Of a stretch of 64,000 nucleotides of DNA, positions 36,077 through 44,265 are shown one piece after another (positions within the stretch are counted from its first letter, which is position 1; each line of letters starts with the position of its first letter). Where the stretch lies: positions 25,785 to 89,784 of the IMG/VR virus record IMGVR_UViG_3300045988_087130; one strand, 5' to 3'. Below the pieces are notes generated by a model. The model was given only the letters and a program-made list of their open reading frames with translations, ran no database searches and had not been told where the DNA came from. This DNA is from a virus. A program made the position numbers and the translations under genes.

Positions 36077-37006
36077 ATGTCTAAGCAGACTGGTTTTTCA
36101 TTCGCAAGTTCAAAGAAGTCATTAATCGAGACTATTGACGAAATCAAGAAGTCAAAGATGCCTCGCAACGAAAAGATTGTTGCATTGAAGGCTTGCGGTC
36201 TTCGTGAGAAAGAAATCTCCGATATGTTGAAGGTTTGTGTACCAAGCGGTTCAACTTCAACGAGATTCGTTTATACATTCGGTGTTGAGATTGAATGTGT
36301 TCATGCCGAGCGCAATGCCTTGATAGAGGCGGGTCGTCAGAATGGTGTTGATATTCATTCTGAGGGCTATAACCACACCGACAACAAGAGTTATTTCAAG
36401 ATTGTTAGTGATTCTTCAGTTGGTGGTGATGTTGACCCTAACGAGGTTGTAAGTCCGGTATTGAATGGCAATACAAATGGTATGGCAACTTTGAAGAAGG
36501 CTATCAAGTCTTTGGATGCCGTAGGTGCAAGAGTAAATTCTACTTGTGGCCTTCACGTTCATATCGGTGCAGCAAAGTTGACAGGTGAGCAATATGTTAA
36601 CGTCTTCAAGAATTATCAGAAGCTTGAAAGATTGATTGATAGCTTCATGGCTCCTTCAAGAAGAGGCAATTGCCGTTGGGCAGCCAGCTTGCTTGACAAA
36701 GATTTCTCTAATTGCCGTGGCAATTACGATATTAGACGTAATGTATTTCATGGAGACAGATATTACAAGGTCAATGCAGAGAGTTTTGCACGTCACAAGA
36801 CTATCGAGTTTCGCCAGCATCAAGGTTCAACTAATTACAAGAAGATTGAAATGTGGGTTAAGTTCTGCGCAAAGCTTGTCGGTTGGTCTCGTAACAATGT
36901 CTTCACTAGTGAGGTTATGAACATCGAAGATATACCTTTCTTGAATAAAGAAGAAAAGGCTTTCTTCCAGAGCCGTAAGGATGCATTTGCAGCCAATAAC
37001 GACTAA
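36077..37006 (+). CDS. putative amidoligase (Amidoligase_2 family, glutamine-synthetase-like fold)
   Basis: FGVEIEC (E-x-E metal site) and CGLHVHIGA motifs typical of the phage Amidoligase_2 family; first ATG at 36077. Confidence 0.55.
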   Translation: MSKQTGFSFASSKKSLIETIDEIKKSKMPRNEKIVALKACGLREKEISDMLKVCVPSGSTSTRFVYTFGVEIECVHAERNALIEAGRQNGVDIHSEGYNHTDNKSYFKIVSDSSVGGDVDPNEVVSPVLNGNTNGMATLKKAIKSLDAVGARVNSTCGLHVHIGAAKLTGEQYVNVFKNYQKLERLIDSFMAPSRRGNCRWAASLLDKDFSNCRGNYDIRRNVFHGDRYYKVNAESFARHKTIEFRQHQGSTNYKKIEMWVKFCAKLVGWSRNNVFTSEVMNIEDIPFLNKEEKAFFQSRKDAFAANND

Positions 37007-37080
37007 TTGATGTAGTCCTAGGGTAAAACCCCTAGGACACAAAAATCAAGTATTACTAAGAAAAAAGAAAGGGTAAAGAT

Positions 37081-37614
37081 ATGTGTGTTATTATTGTATG
37101 TCCGAAAGGTACTACTTTGCCATCCGTTGATGAGCTGAAGGCAGCGTATATGAGAAATCCCGATGGTTGCGGATTTGTGAGTGAGTCTGACCATTATAAG
37201 AGCTTGCATTTCTCTACATTTATACGTAGATTGATGAAGCGAGATATAAATGAGAATGTAATCATACATTTTAGATTTGCTACTCATGGTTCTGTCTGTG
37301 TCAAGAATTGTCATCCGTTCTACAAGGCTGGTTATTGGTTCGCCCATAATGGAGTGCTCCCGATCTGCTCCGAGCATGATAAAACGGATAGTCAGATTTG
37401 CTTTGAACGTTTCATTTATCCTACTATCAAGAAATATGGTTGGGGTTCTGATGAACATATGAAAGAAATGAATAAATGGACAGCTCATGGTTCTAAGTTT
37501 GCAATGTTGCATAATGGTGAGATTTTGAAGTCCGGTAAATTCATAGAGCGTGATGGACGGTTCTATTCTAATTTGAATCATTTGGGTTATATGAGAAATG
37601 TCATAAACTTTTAG
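37081..37614 (+). CDS. class-II (Ntn) glutamine amidotransferase domain protein
   Basis: N-terminal MC (Cys2 nucleophile) and HFRFATHGSVCVKNCHPF matching the GlmS-type H.R.AT.G....N.HPF motif. Confidence 0.55.
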   Translation: MCVIIVCPKGTTLPSVDELKAAYMRNPDGCGFVSESDHYKSLHFSTFIRRLMKRDINENVIIHFRFATHGSVCVKNCHPFYKAGYWFAHNGVLPICSEHDKTDSQICFERFIYPTIKKYGWGSDEHMKEMNKWTAHGSKFAMLHNGEILKSGKFIERDGRFYSNLNHLGYMRNVINF

Positions 37615-37839
37615 ATATTTTAATGTTTAGGTTCTTTTTAATTCGACAAGCGTCAGATGTCCGTGAGGATATTTGGCGTTTTTTTTTGTTATATAAGGCG
37701 TTTTATTTTGTGTTGCAATTAATTATTCATTTTTGTGATAAAATAGCCTTAAATCGCTTATAAATACCCTTATTACTCACTTTTAACCAAAAGTGAGATA
37801 CCTGCAAACGCTTTAATGCATTAATTGCTTTTTTCGTAT

Positions 37840-37847
37840 TATCTTTG
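37840..37847 (+). promoter_or_regulatory. -7 element TAtcTTTG of a sigma-A-type promoter
   Basis: TAtcTTTG 29 nt upstream of ATG 37876. Confidence 0.4.
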
Positions 37848-37875
37848 CACTAGTTTTAACAAATATATCGAAAGA

Positions 37876-38733
37876 ATGAAAGATAAAATTTTCCAGTTAC
37901 TAAAACAAGAGTATAAGTCTCTTGGGTTAGGTGATGAAGTTCTTCAGGCACATGCTGAAATGCTTGACAAGATGGGGCTTGTTACTGATGACAACATCGA
38001 GACAGTGGTTGCTAGTCAAAAGAGTTTTTTGGAGTCCTTGCAAAAGGACAATGACCGCAGAGTTACCGATGCCAAGAAAAAGTTCGAGGAGGCACAGAAG
38101 GCTAAAGAAGATGCTGAACGCAAGGCTGCTGAAGAAGAAGCTAAGAAGAAAGCTGACGAAGAAGCCAAGAAAGCCGCTGAAGAAGCCGAAAAGAAACGTT
38201 TGGAGGAATTGGCAAAGAAAAACGAAATGCCGGACTATCTCAAAAAGTACTTTGAAGAGCAGACAGCAGAGAAGAAAGCTTCTGAGGAAGCAAGAACCAA
38301 GGAACGTGAAGAGTTTAAGAAACTCGTTGAGACCTTGACTCAGAAAAATACAGACCAAGCCAAGGCTTACAACGAACAGATGGAGGAGCAAAGCAAGACC
38401 ATTAAGGAATTGCAAGAAACAATCCAAAAGCAAGCTGATGAGGCTAAGGCTAAGGAAGAGGCTGCTGCAAAGGCAAAGGCAAAGGCAGACCACGATGCGA
38501 AGATTTTATCGAAGGCTAAGAAGTTGGGCATTCCCGATAGTCGTATTGACGAGGGTTTCAATCTGAGCGATGATGCTACAGATGAAGCTATCGATACATA
38601 CCTCTCAAAGGTAGCGAACAACTACAAGGCGTTGCAACAACCACAATTCGGGGGCAGCTATCGTGCAAGCGAAGGTGAGCCAACAAAGGAGGAAGTTGAC
38701 AATGTAGCCGCATCATTAGTTCAGTCACTTTAA
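37876..38733 (+). CDS. putative head scaffolding protein
   Basis: E/K/A-rich coiled-coil protein directly upstream of the capsid-like genes; internal ORFs 37927-38493(-) and 37931-38338(+) are low-complexity artefacts. Confidence 0.5.
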   Translation: MKDKIFQLLKQEYKSLGLGDEVLQAHAEMLDKMGLVTDDNIETVVASQKSFLESLQKDNDRRVTDAKKKFEEAQKAKEDAERKAAEEEAKKKADEEAKKAAEEAEKKRLEELAKKNEMPDYLKKYFEEQTAEKKASEEARTKEREEFKKLVETLTQKNTDQAKAYNEQMEEQSKTIKELQETIQKQADEAKAKEEAAAKAKAKADHDAKILSKAKKLGIPDSRIDEGFNLSDDATDEAIDTYLSKVANNYKALQQPQFGGSYRASEGEPTKEEVDNVAASLVQSL

Positions 38734-38745
38734 AAATTGAAAAAC

Positions 38746-39198
38746 ATGAATCAGGAATTGAAGACTACGAAAAAGCAAATTGTCTTTGGTGAGGATTCCG
38801 TCATTATCCAGAAATGGGAAGGCGACATCAAGGGCGGTCGTGCTTTGGATTGGACAGGTGTAAACGATGAAGTTCTTTACGCAGGTCGTGTTATCGTGAC
38901 AGATGATAAGGGAACTTACAAGCCATTGCCTATCGAAGCAGGCAATTATAAGGCTTTGGGTACAGCCAGTGACCCATTGGAGCATTACAAGTATGCAGGT
39001 GTTCTCTATCGTTCCATTCTGAACGGTGAGCCAGCGGCAATTATGACTGCTGGACAAGTAAACAAGGTAGCAGCTAAGGCTGCGAATGGTGCAGACTATC
39101 CGGATGCGTTCCTTACAGCTATGCCAAAGATTGCTTTGGTTAGCGATGAGGATGCTAACAAGTTCGATGAGTCTGATGCAACTATGGATAAAGACTAA
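38746..39198 (+). CDS. hypothetical head protein
   Basis: ORF 38737-39198 with ATG at 38746; sits between the scaffold and the capsid candidate. Confidence 0.4.
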   Translation: MNQELKTTKKQIVFGEDSVIIQKWEGDIKGGRALDWTGVNDEVLYAGRVIVTDDKGTYKPLPIEAGNYKALGTASDPLEHYKYAGVLYRSILNGEPAAIMTAGQVNKVAAKAANGADYPDAFLTAMPKIALVSDEDANKFDESDATMDKD

Positions 39199-39215
39199 AA
39201 GAAGGAGGATAACAG

Positions 39216-40304
39216 ATGGGAAAATCACTTTATTTTCAGTTGGTCAATAAATACTTCCCACAACTTGTTGCAAGTGTAGTAGAGAAGTTGAACGGCAAGA
39301 ATCAGACCACATTGACCTATATGTACCGAGACCACTTGACTAACACATATAGTCAGGACGGACGATGGGCATCAATTACTGCGGAATATACACGAGTTGC
39401 TGCTGACGTTGTATCAATGGATGCAGAACTCCCATTGAAGAGCCGTGATAAGGTTTCAACCGCTGAGGGGCAAATCCCAAAGGTTGGTATGAAGCTTTAC
39501 ATGACAGAGAAGCAGCTTAAGGATTTGGATAACATGATTGCGCAACGTTTGCCTCAACCACAGATTTTGCGTAACTTGTTTGCAGACCTTCCTCGTTGTA
39601 TTCAGGCGGTTTACGAGCGTATTGAAGATATGTTCCTCAGTGAGCTGTCAACAGGTGTAGCTTTGGCAACTCGTTCCGGTGGTACTGGTGTCCGAGTTGA
39701 TGTAGGTTTTGCCGAGAAAAATAAGTTTGGTCACGGTGCTAAGGCTTGGGATGCAGAGGACGCAACCCCACTTGATGATATTCAATTGGTTTACGACAAG
39801 GCGATGGAAGACCAAAACACCATCACTACTTGTTACCTTGATGATTACACAATCAAATTGCTTGGCAAGAACAAGCAGGTTCGTGCTCAGTTTGCCTTCA
39901 ATCAAGGCATTGCAATTAATAGTAATAGCAATATTCCTATTTTGAGCTTTGAGCAGATTGCGTCTATCTTTAGAAATAAGTGGCAGACCAACTTGGTACG
40001 TGTAGCCCGTACAATCAAGACCGAGCTTAATGGCAAGAAGGGAACACACAATCCTTGGGCTAAGGGTCACATGACCTTTACATGCTATGATAACCTTGGT
40101 GATTTGTTCTGGACTAACGTAGCCGAAGCTACAAGACCAGTTGCAGGTGTTACTTATCAGTCAGCCGATGAGTATATCTTGGCTAGCCGTTATTCTACTA
40201 ACGACCCACTCCGTGAGTTCACTAGCTCACAAGCAATGGTTGTTCCTATCTTGAATAACGTTGATGCCATCTACTCTTTGGACTCAACACAAGCAGTAGG
40301 TTAG
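39216..40304 (+). CDS. putative major capsid protein
   Basis: 362-aa ORF following the scaffold; assigned by size and position only. Confidence 0.4.
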   Translation: MGKSLYFQLVNKYFPQLVASVVEKLNGKNQTTLTYMYRDHLTNTYSQDGRWASITAEYTRVAADVVSMDAELPLKSRDKVSTAEGQIPKVGMKLYMTEKQLKDLDNMIAQRLPQPQILRNLFADLPRCIQAVYERIEDMFLSELSTGVALATRSGGTGVRVDVGFAEKNKFGHGAKAWDAEDATPLDDIQLVYDKAMEDQNTITTCYLDDYTIKLLGKNKQVRAQFAFNQGIAINSNSNIPILSFEQIASIFRNKWQTNLVRVARTIKTELNGKKGTHNPWAKGHMTFTCYDNLGDLFWTNVAEATRPVAGVTYQSADEYILASRYSTNDPLREFTSSQAMVVPILNNVDAIYSLDSTQAVG

Positions 40305-40308
40305 GCTT

Positions 40309-40767
40309 ATGAGAGGTGAGGTAATTAGTCCGTTCCGTGATAAGTTCCATTTTAACACCATCTATGAAGTTGGTGCAATCTTGGACTTTGACGAAGAACG
40401 TATGAACTCCCTTATCGAGCGTAAGCTTTGCAAGATGTTGGAGGTGCAGGATGATAATCATTCTGCATCTCCAGAAGACGATAAGGAAATTAAAGATACT
40501 CCTAAAAAGGAAGTCTTGAATGATGGGAAGGTAAATCCTGTAAAGGAAGAAGAAAAGAAATCAGAAGAGACACCCAAGAAGGAAGTCTTGAAGGAGAAGA
40601 AGGAGAGTAAGCCTAAAAAGGAGAAAAACAGCAAAAAGGATGCTGCCGAGTCAACCGAAGAGACTTCTGAAAAGGAGAATGTAGAAAATGAACTTGACGA
40701 AAAAGCAAAGAGCGAGCAGGAGGCTGCAAAGAAAATCGCTGAGGCTATGAGTCAGGCTCAGAAATAA
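40309..40767 (+). CDS. hypothetical Lys/Glu-rich protein
   Basis: 152 aa with KKEVL...KKE repeats. Confidence 0.4.
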   Translation: MRGEVISPFRDKFHFNTIYEVGAILDFDEERMNSLIERKLCKMLEVQDDNHSASPEDDKEIKDTPKKEVLNDGKVNPVKEEEKKSEETPKKEVLKEKKESKPKKEKNSKKDAAESTEETSEKENVENELDEKAKSEQEAAKKIAEAMSQAQK

Positions 40768-40776
40768 TGATGTCAC

Positions 40777-41112
40777 ATGAAGATAAGAGAATACATTTCG
40801 CAGAAGTTGCGTGCTTGGAATATTACCGATGCCCAATTGGAAGATATTTCGTCAGGTATAGACCTTGACGAAGAATATACGTCTGATAATTCGCAGGTTG
40901 TAGGCAAGGCGATGATTTCCGTAATCGAGGAACTTATGCTTGCTCCATATATGAGCAATGTGAATGAAAATGGATTCTCTGTCTCTTGGGACTACTCTAG
41001 GATAGGACAATACTATATGTGGCTTTGCCGAAAATATGGTGTTGCTCCGGATAATGAAGTGGTGGCAGCTTTAGGGCTTTCCACTATCACGGATAAGTCT
41101 GATATTTGGTAA
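40777..41112 (+). CDS. hypothetical structural protein
   Basis: 111-aa ORF. Confidence 0.4.
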   Translation: MKIREYISQKLRAWNITDAQLEDISSGIDLDEEYTSDNSQVVGKAMISVIEELMLAPYMSNVNENGFSVSWDYSRIGQYYMWLCRKYGVAPDNEVVAALGLSTITDKSDIW

Positions 41113-41123
41113 ATGTCTAGGTT

Positions 41124-41438
41124 ATGTTATATTCCCCTCATATATTAAAGAAGAAGTTCGTGAATAAGGTTGTCAACAAGTACAACGAGGTCATTAGCTC
41201 TTCTGAGGAATGGAAAGAAATGGGGCGTTGTCGATGCGATGACAACTCTACCGAGCATTTCACTACCGATAATGGTAGCATATATACACCGAAATATCAC
41301 ATTGTTTGTGACAAGTGCCAGATTTCCGAAGGTGATGAAGTCAAGGTCTATTCCAATGATGGAAGCTACCGAGGAGGTGGAAAGGTCTATAATGCCCCTA
41401 AGTGCAATTATCTTGGTTATATGAGTATCTATGTCTGA
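41124..41438 (+). CDS. hypothetical protein
   Basis: 104-aa ORF. Confidence 0.4.
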   Translation: MLYSPHILKKKFVNKVVNKYNEVISSSEEWKEMGRCRCDDNSTEHFTTDNGSIYTPKYHIVCDKCQISEGDEVKVYSNDGSYRGGGKVYNAPKCNYLGYMSIYV

Positions 41439-41721
41439 TGTTATAAAGGATGAGCTAGACGCTTTCTTTGCGCAGGGAGAAAGGGAAGTTGATGAGTTTC
41501 TTGACAGGTTAGGTAAAACAGCCGTTGAGCTTGATAAGACTAACGGAAACTACCGAAACCGCACAGGTAATCTCAGAAGGTCTAACTATAGTAAAGTACA
41601 TGACCACACCTTGACCCTTGGCAACAAAGCGGAATATGCGTCAGATGTTTCCTCTAGGGGATATGATGTTATAGATTCGGGTATTCAGTATATCAAGAAA
41701 GAAATCGAGGATATGCGATGA
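41431..41721 (+). CDS. hypothetical protein
   Basis: 96-aa ORF with 8-nt overlap. Confidence 0.4.
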   Translation: MSDVIKDELDAFFAQGEREVDEFLDRLGKTAVELDKTNGNYRNRTGNLRRSNYSKVHDHTLTLGNKAEYASDVSSRGYDVIDSGIQYIKKEIEDMR

Positions 41722-42146
41722 TAACAGAAATAGATGCTGGTCATGTAATCTATGATGACTTGGAGCTTATGGGAATGGAACGAAGACTGAAAGGACATCT
41801 GAAAAAGGGTGGACTTGATGGGGAAGAACCTATGGTCGGTGAGAAGATTCCCGATGATGGCATGATAGTCATCATCCCTAAGCGTATGAGTGCAGACAAG
41901 ACATATTTCAATGATTGTACTATAGAGGTAAATATATTGCTCAAAGATATAGAGGGCGAGGCTAATCCTCAGTTGAACGAGCTTTTAAAGAAGGCTATTG
42001 AAATCCTGTCCGACAATGAAGTCGGAAAAGCAGAGGATGTATGGTATCGTTATTCTATCCGATCCCACGGCATAGAGCAAGAGAGTAGGTTTAGTTGCCA
42101 TTACGCAAACATTACTATTGATTTTGAAACATTAAACGTAAGATAA
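41718..42146 (+). CDS. hypothetical protein
   Basis: 142-aa ORF with ATGA overlap. Confidence 0.4.
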   Translation: MITEIDAGHVIYDDLELMGMERRLKGHLKKGGLDGEEPMVGEKIPDDGMIVIIPKRMSADKTYFNDCTIEVNILLKDIEGEANPQLNELLKKAIEILSDNEVGKAEDVWYRYSIRSHGIEQESRFSCHYANITIDFETLNVR

Positions 42147-42147
42147 G

Positions 42148-42705
42148 ATGAAACCATTTATTGGAATCAAGAGAATTTGGTATGGTGCTCCTCTTACCGA
42201 GGCAAATACACCTGCTAAGTTGGCTACATGGTTGAAAACCGCTACAGAGGTCTTGAACAGCCATGAGGGAACATGGGGATATTCTCAGGATGACCCTAGT
42301 GTTACCGAGTACAAGAACGAGCTGAACGGACAGGTTTACTATCGTGACAAGACCGATGAGGGTGCTAAGACTATTACATTCTCTATTGGTGTCTTCTCAT
42401 GGAAGAACAAGGTTGACCTTCAAGGTGGTAAGATGTACGATTCAACCGGAGCAGCGACTACAACGGAGGCGAACGCAGTAGGTTGGTCTTCTAGTCAAGA
42501 TTTGGAAAACATCAACAAGTGTATTGTTGCTCAGACCAAGACAGGAAACTACATCGTTTTCTCAAATGCGGCTATCGTAGCCAAGGGAGACCAGCAGGAC
42601 AAGAATATCACTTTGGGTATTTCTGCCGTTGCCATGGAAAGTGAGACCGATGGTGTGGCTGGCGAGTACCAATGGGAAGGTTCTGCAGTTGTGGAACAGG
42701 AATAA
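42148..42705 (+). CDS. hypothetical structural protein (possible major tail protein)
   Basis: 185 aa; last gene before a strong terminator; position only. Confidence 0.35.
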   Translation: MKPFIGIKRIWYGAPLTEANTPAKLATWLKTATEVLNSHEGTWGYSQDDPSVTEYKNELNGQVYYRDKTDEGAKTITFSIGVFSWKNKVDLQGGKMYDSTGAATTTEANAVGWSSSQDLENINKCIVAQTKTGNYIVFSNAAIVAKGDQQDKNITLGISAVAMESETDGVAGEYQWEGSAVVEQE

Positions 42706-42725
42706 GGTATAAACGACAAATGATA

Positions 42726-42760
42726 GAGGGGGATGGTATTACTGCCGTTCCCTTTTTTTA
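42726..42760 (+). terminator. rho-independent terminator
   Basis: GGGGGATGG-TATTACT-GCCGTTCCC (with wobble pairs) followed by TTTTTTT. Confidence 0.5.
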
Positions 42761-42771
42761 TATTAAGAACT

Positions 42772-43155
42772 ATGAGTAAGGCAAGTAAATTAGTTGCGGA
42801 TGCTATTCTTGGGAAGGATTCCGTAACAACAATGGTGAATGGAAAGACTTATTGTATTTCACCGCCAACTATTATAAAATTGGTAAAGGCGGCTAAATAC
42901 CTTGACCGTTTTGAGGAAGGCAAATCGCCAGGGGAAATCTTATGGATGATGAAAGATTTAGGTGACGCTTGCAAGGCATTATCTGTGTTTATACAAGGCG
43001 ATGAATCCATTAGTGATGAATTATCTAAAGGAACACTAGAAGATGTTGTCAATGGCTTGCAAATGGCTTATTCTCTAATTTCAATAAAGGATTTTCAGAA
43101 GCTATCAATTTTGGCGAAGAGTGCGGCAAGGATGATAGCAAAACCACGACCATAG
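42772..43155 (+). CDS. hypothetical protein
   Basis: Track ORF 42733 starts inside the terminator; first ATG after it is at 42772. Confidence 0.35.
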   Translation: MSKASKLVADAILGKDSVTTMVNGKTYCISPPTIIKLVKAAKYLDRFEEGKSPGEILWMMKDLGDACKALSVFIQGDESISDELSKGTLEDVVNGLQMAYSLISIKDFQKLSILAKSAARMIAKPRP

Positions 43156-43387
43156 GAAACGATACACTCTTAGGCATGATTGCATCTTTTATGGATAGTC
43201 TGCATTTGTCGTACCAAGAGGTCGTGAGAGAAATACCTTATAGGAACTTGCTACTGATGGTAAAAGACAAGCAAAGAGTAGCATATGGTGATGTAATGTA
43301 TGAGGTAACGGAAGAAGAGTTTGGAATGAACTTCAAAAAAGGATAAGTTTAAAATTATGCAAATAAAACATTAAAAGCACTAAAACG

Positions 43388-43419
43388 TTTGCAAGTTAGA
43401 GAAATATTATTTATCTTTG
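43388..43419 (+). promoter_or_regulatory. sigma-A-type promoter (TTTG-N20-TAtcTTTG)
   Basis: TTTG 43388, TAtcTTTG 43412. Confidence 0.45.
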
Positions 43420-43477
43420 CAAGCGCAGAACAAAAAGGATAAATAGCGAATTAAGATATTGAATAAGATATTAGAGA

Positions 43478-43562
43478 CACGAAACCCGATGGACTATACC
43501 GAAAGGCAGTCCGAGTCACTATTCCTTTGACTTTGCAATCGGTAGTTTCGTGTTTTTGTGTT
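43478..43562 (+). promoter_or_regulatory. leader hairpin plus U-run (attenuator-like) before gene 43572
   Basis: ACACGAAAC...(60 nt containing GGACT-loop-AGTCC)...GTTTCGTGT followed by TTTTGTGTTT, 10 nt before the ATG. Confidence 0.35.
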
Positions 43563-43571
43563 TAAAATAAG

Positions 43572-43874
43572 ATGCAAGACGTAAGGTTAATATTCGAGAT
43601 ACTTGTTTCCATGTTGCTTTGCGTTTGTCTCATATTGCTTGCTGTAAGTAGATATAGGCAAAAGAAAAAGCGTGAAGAACCGGAGCGAAAGGAAATGGAC
43701 TTGATAGACTTCTTTTCTTTGGGAGGAGTTGCCTATTATTGGAACAAAGGTGGTAAGCAGCAGAAATGCTACACATACGAAGAATTTCTGAAAATCAAGG
43801 CTGACTACGTGGAGCTTTGGCTGAATCAGAATAGATATATTTTTAACTCTCAATTAGATAGCGATGATATATAA
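43572..43874 (+). CDS. small membrane protein
   Basis: N-terminal hydrophobic helix IFEILVSMLLCVCLILLAV. Confidence 0.4.
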   Translation: MQDVRLIFEILVSMLLCVCLILLAVSRYRQKKKREEPERKEMDLIDFFSLGGVAYYWNKGGKQQKCYTYEEFLKIKADYVELWLNQNRYIFNSQLDSDDI

Positions 43875-44094
43875 AGTATTAGTTTTGTTGCCGACAATAG
43901 TTGTATCAGATGGCATTGTTGGTATAGCTTGGCTAGGAAAAGTCTTTAGCTGGCGATATGGAAAGAACAAGAAAAAGAGCAAGAATGTGTCCTTAATGAT
44001 AGGATATAATACAGGAATGTCTCTTAAGTCGAAAATAGACGATAACGCTGCGGATGATTATTTAAGACGCATTGCCGAAGAAAACAGAATCTAA
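43864..44094 (+). CDS. small membrane protein
   Basis: N-terminal hydrophobic VLVLLPTIVVSDGIVGIAWL; 76 aa. Confidence 0.4.
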   Translation: MIYKVLVLLPTIVVSDGIVGIAWLGKVFSWRYGKNKKKSKNVSLMIGYNTGMSLKSKIDDNAADDYLRRIAEENRI

Positions 44095-44106
44095 ATTCAA
44101 GGGTTA

Positions 44107-44127
44107 GAAGCCCTTTTTACAACCATA
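44107..44127 (+). terminator. rho-independent terminator
   Basis: AAGGG-TTAGAA-GCCCTT followed by TTTT. Confidence 0.5.
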
Positions 44128-44265
44128 TTACTTGTGGTTATTTTTATACATCGGTTTTTATTAACGATTGTTTTTTATGGTAGATAAATGTATAAAAACG
44201 AGCACAAGTTCCCTTATAGATGGACTAAAAAAGATGCTAATTTCACAAAAGACAAAGGTAAGGTA

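Noticed and set aside
37927-38621. Minus-strand and alternative-frame ORFs within the scaffold gene (37927-38493, 37931-38338, 38367-38621)
   Set aside because: They are products of the GAA/AAG-rich coiled-coil coding sequence: Leu/Phe/Ser- or Arg/Lys-rich artefacts.
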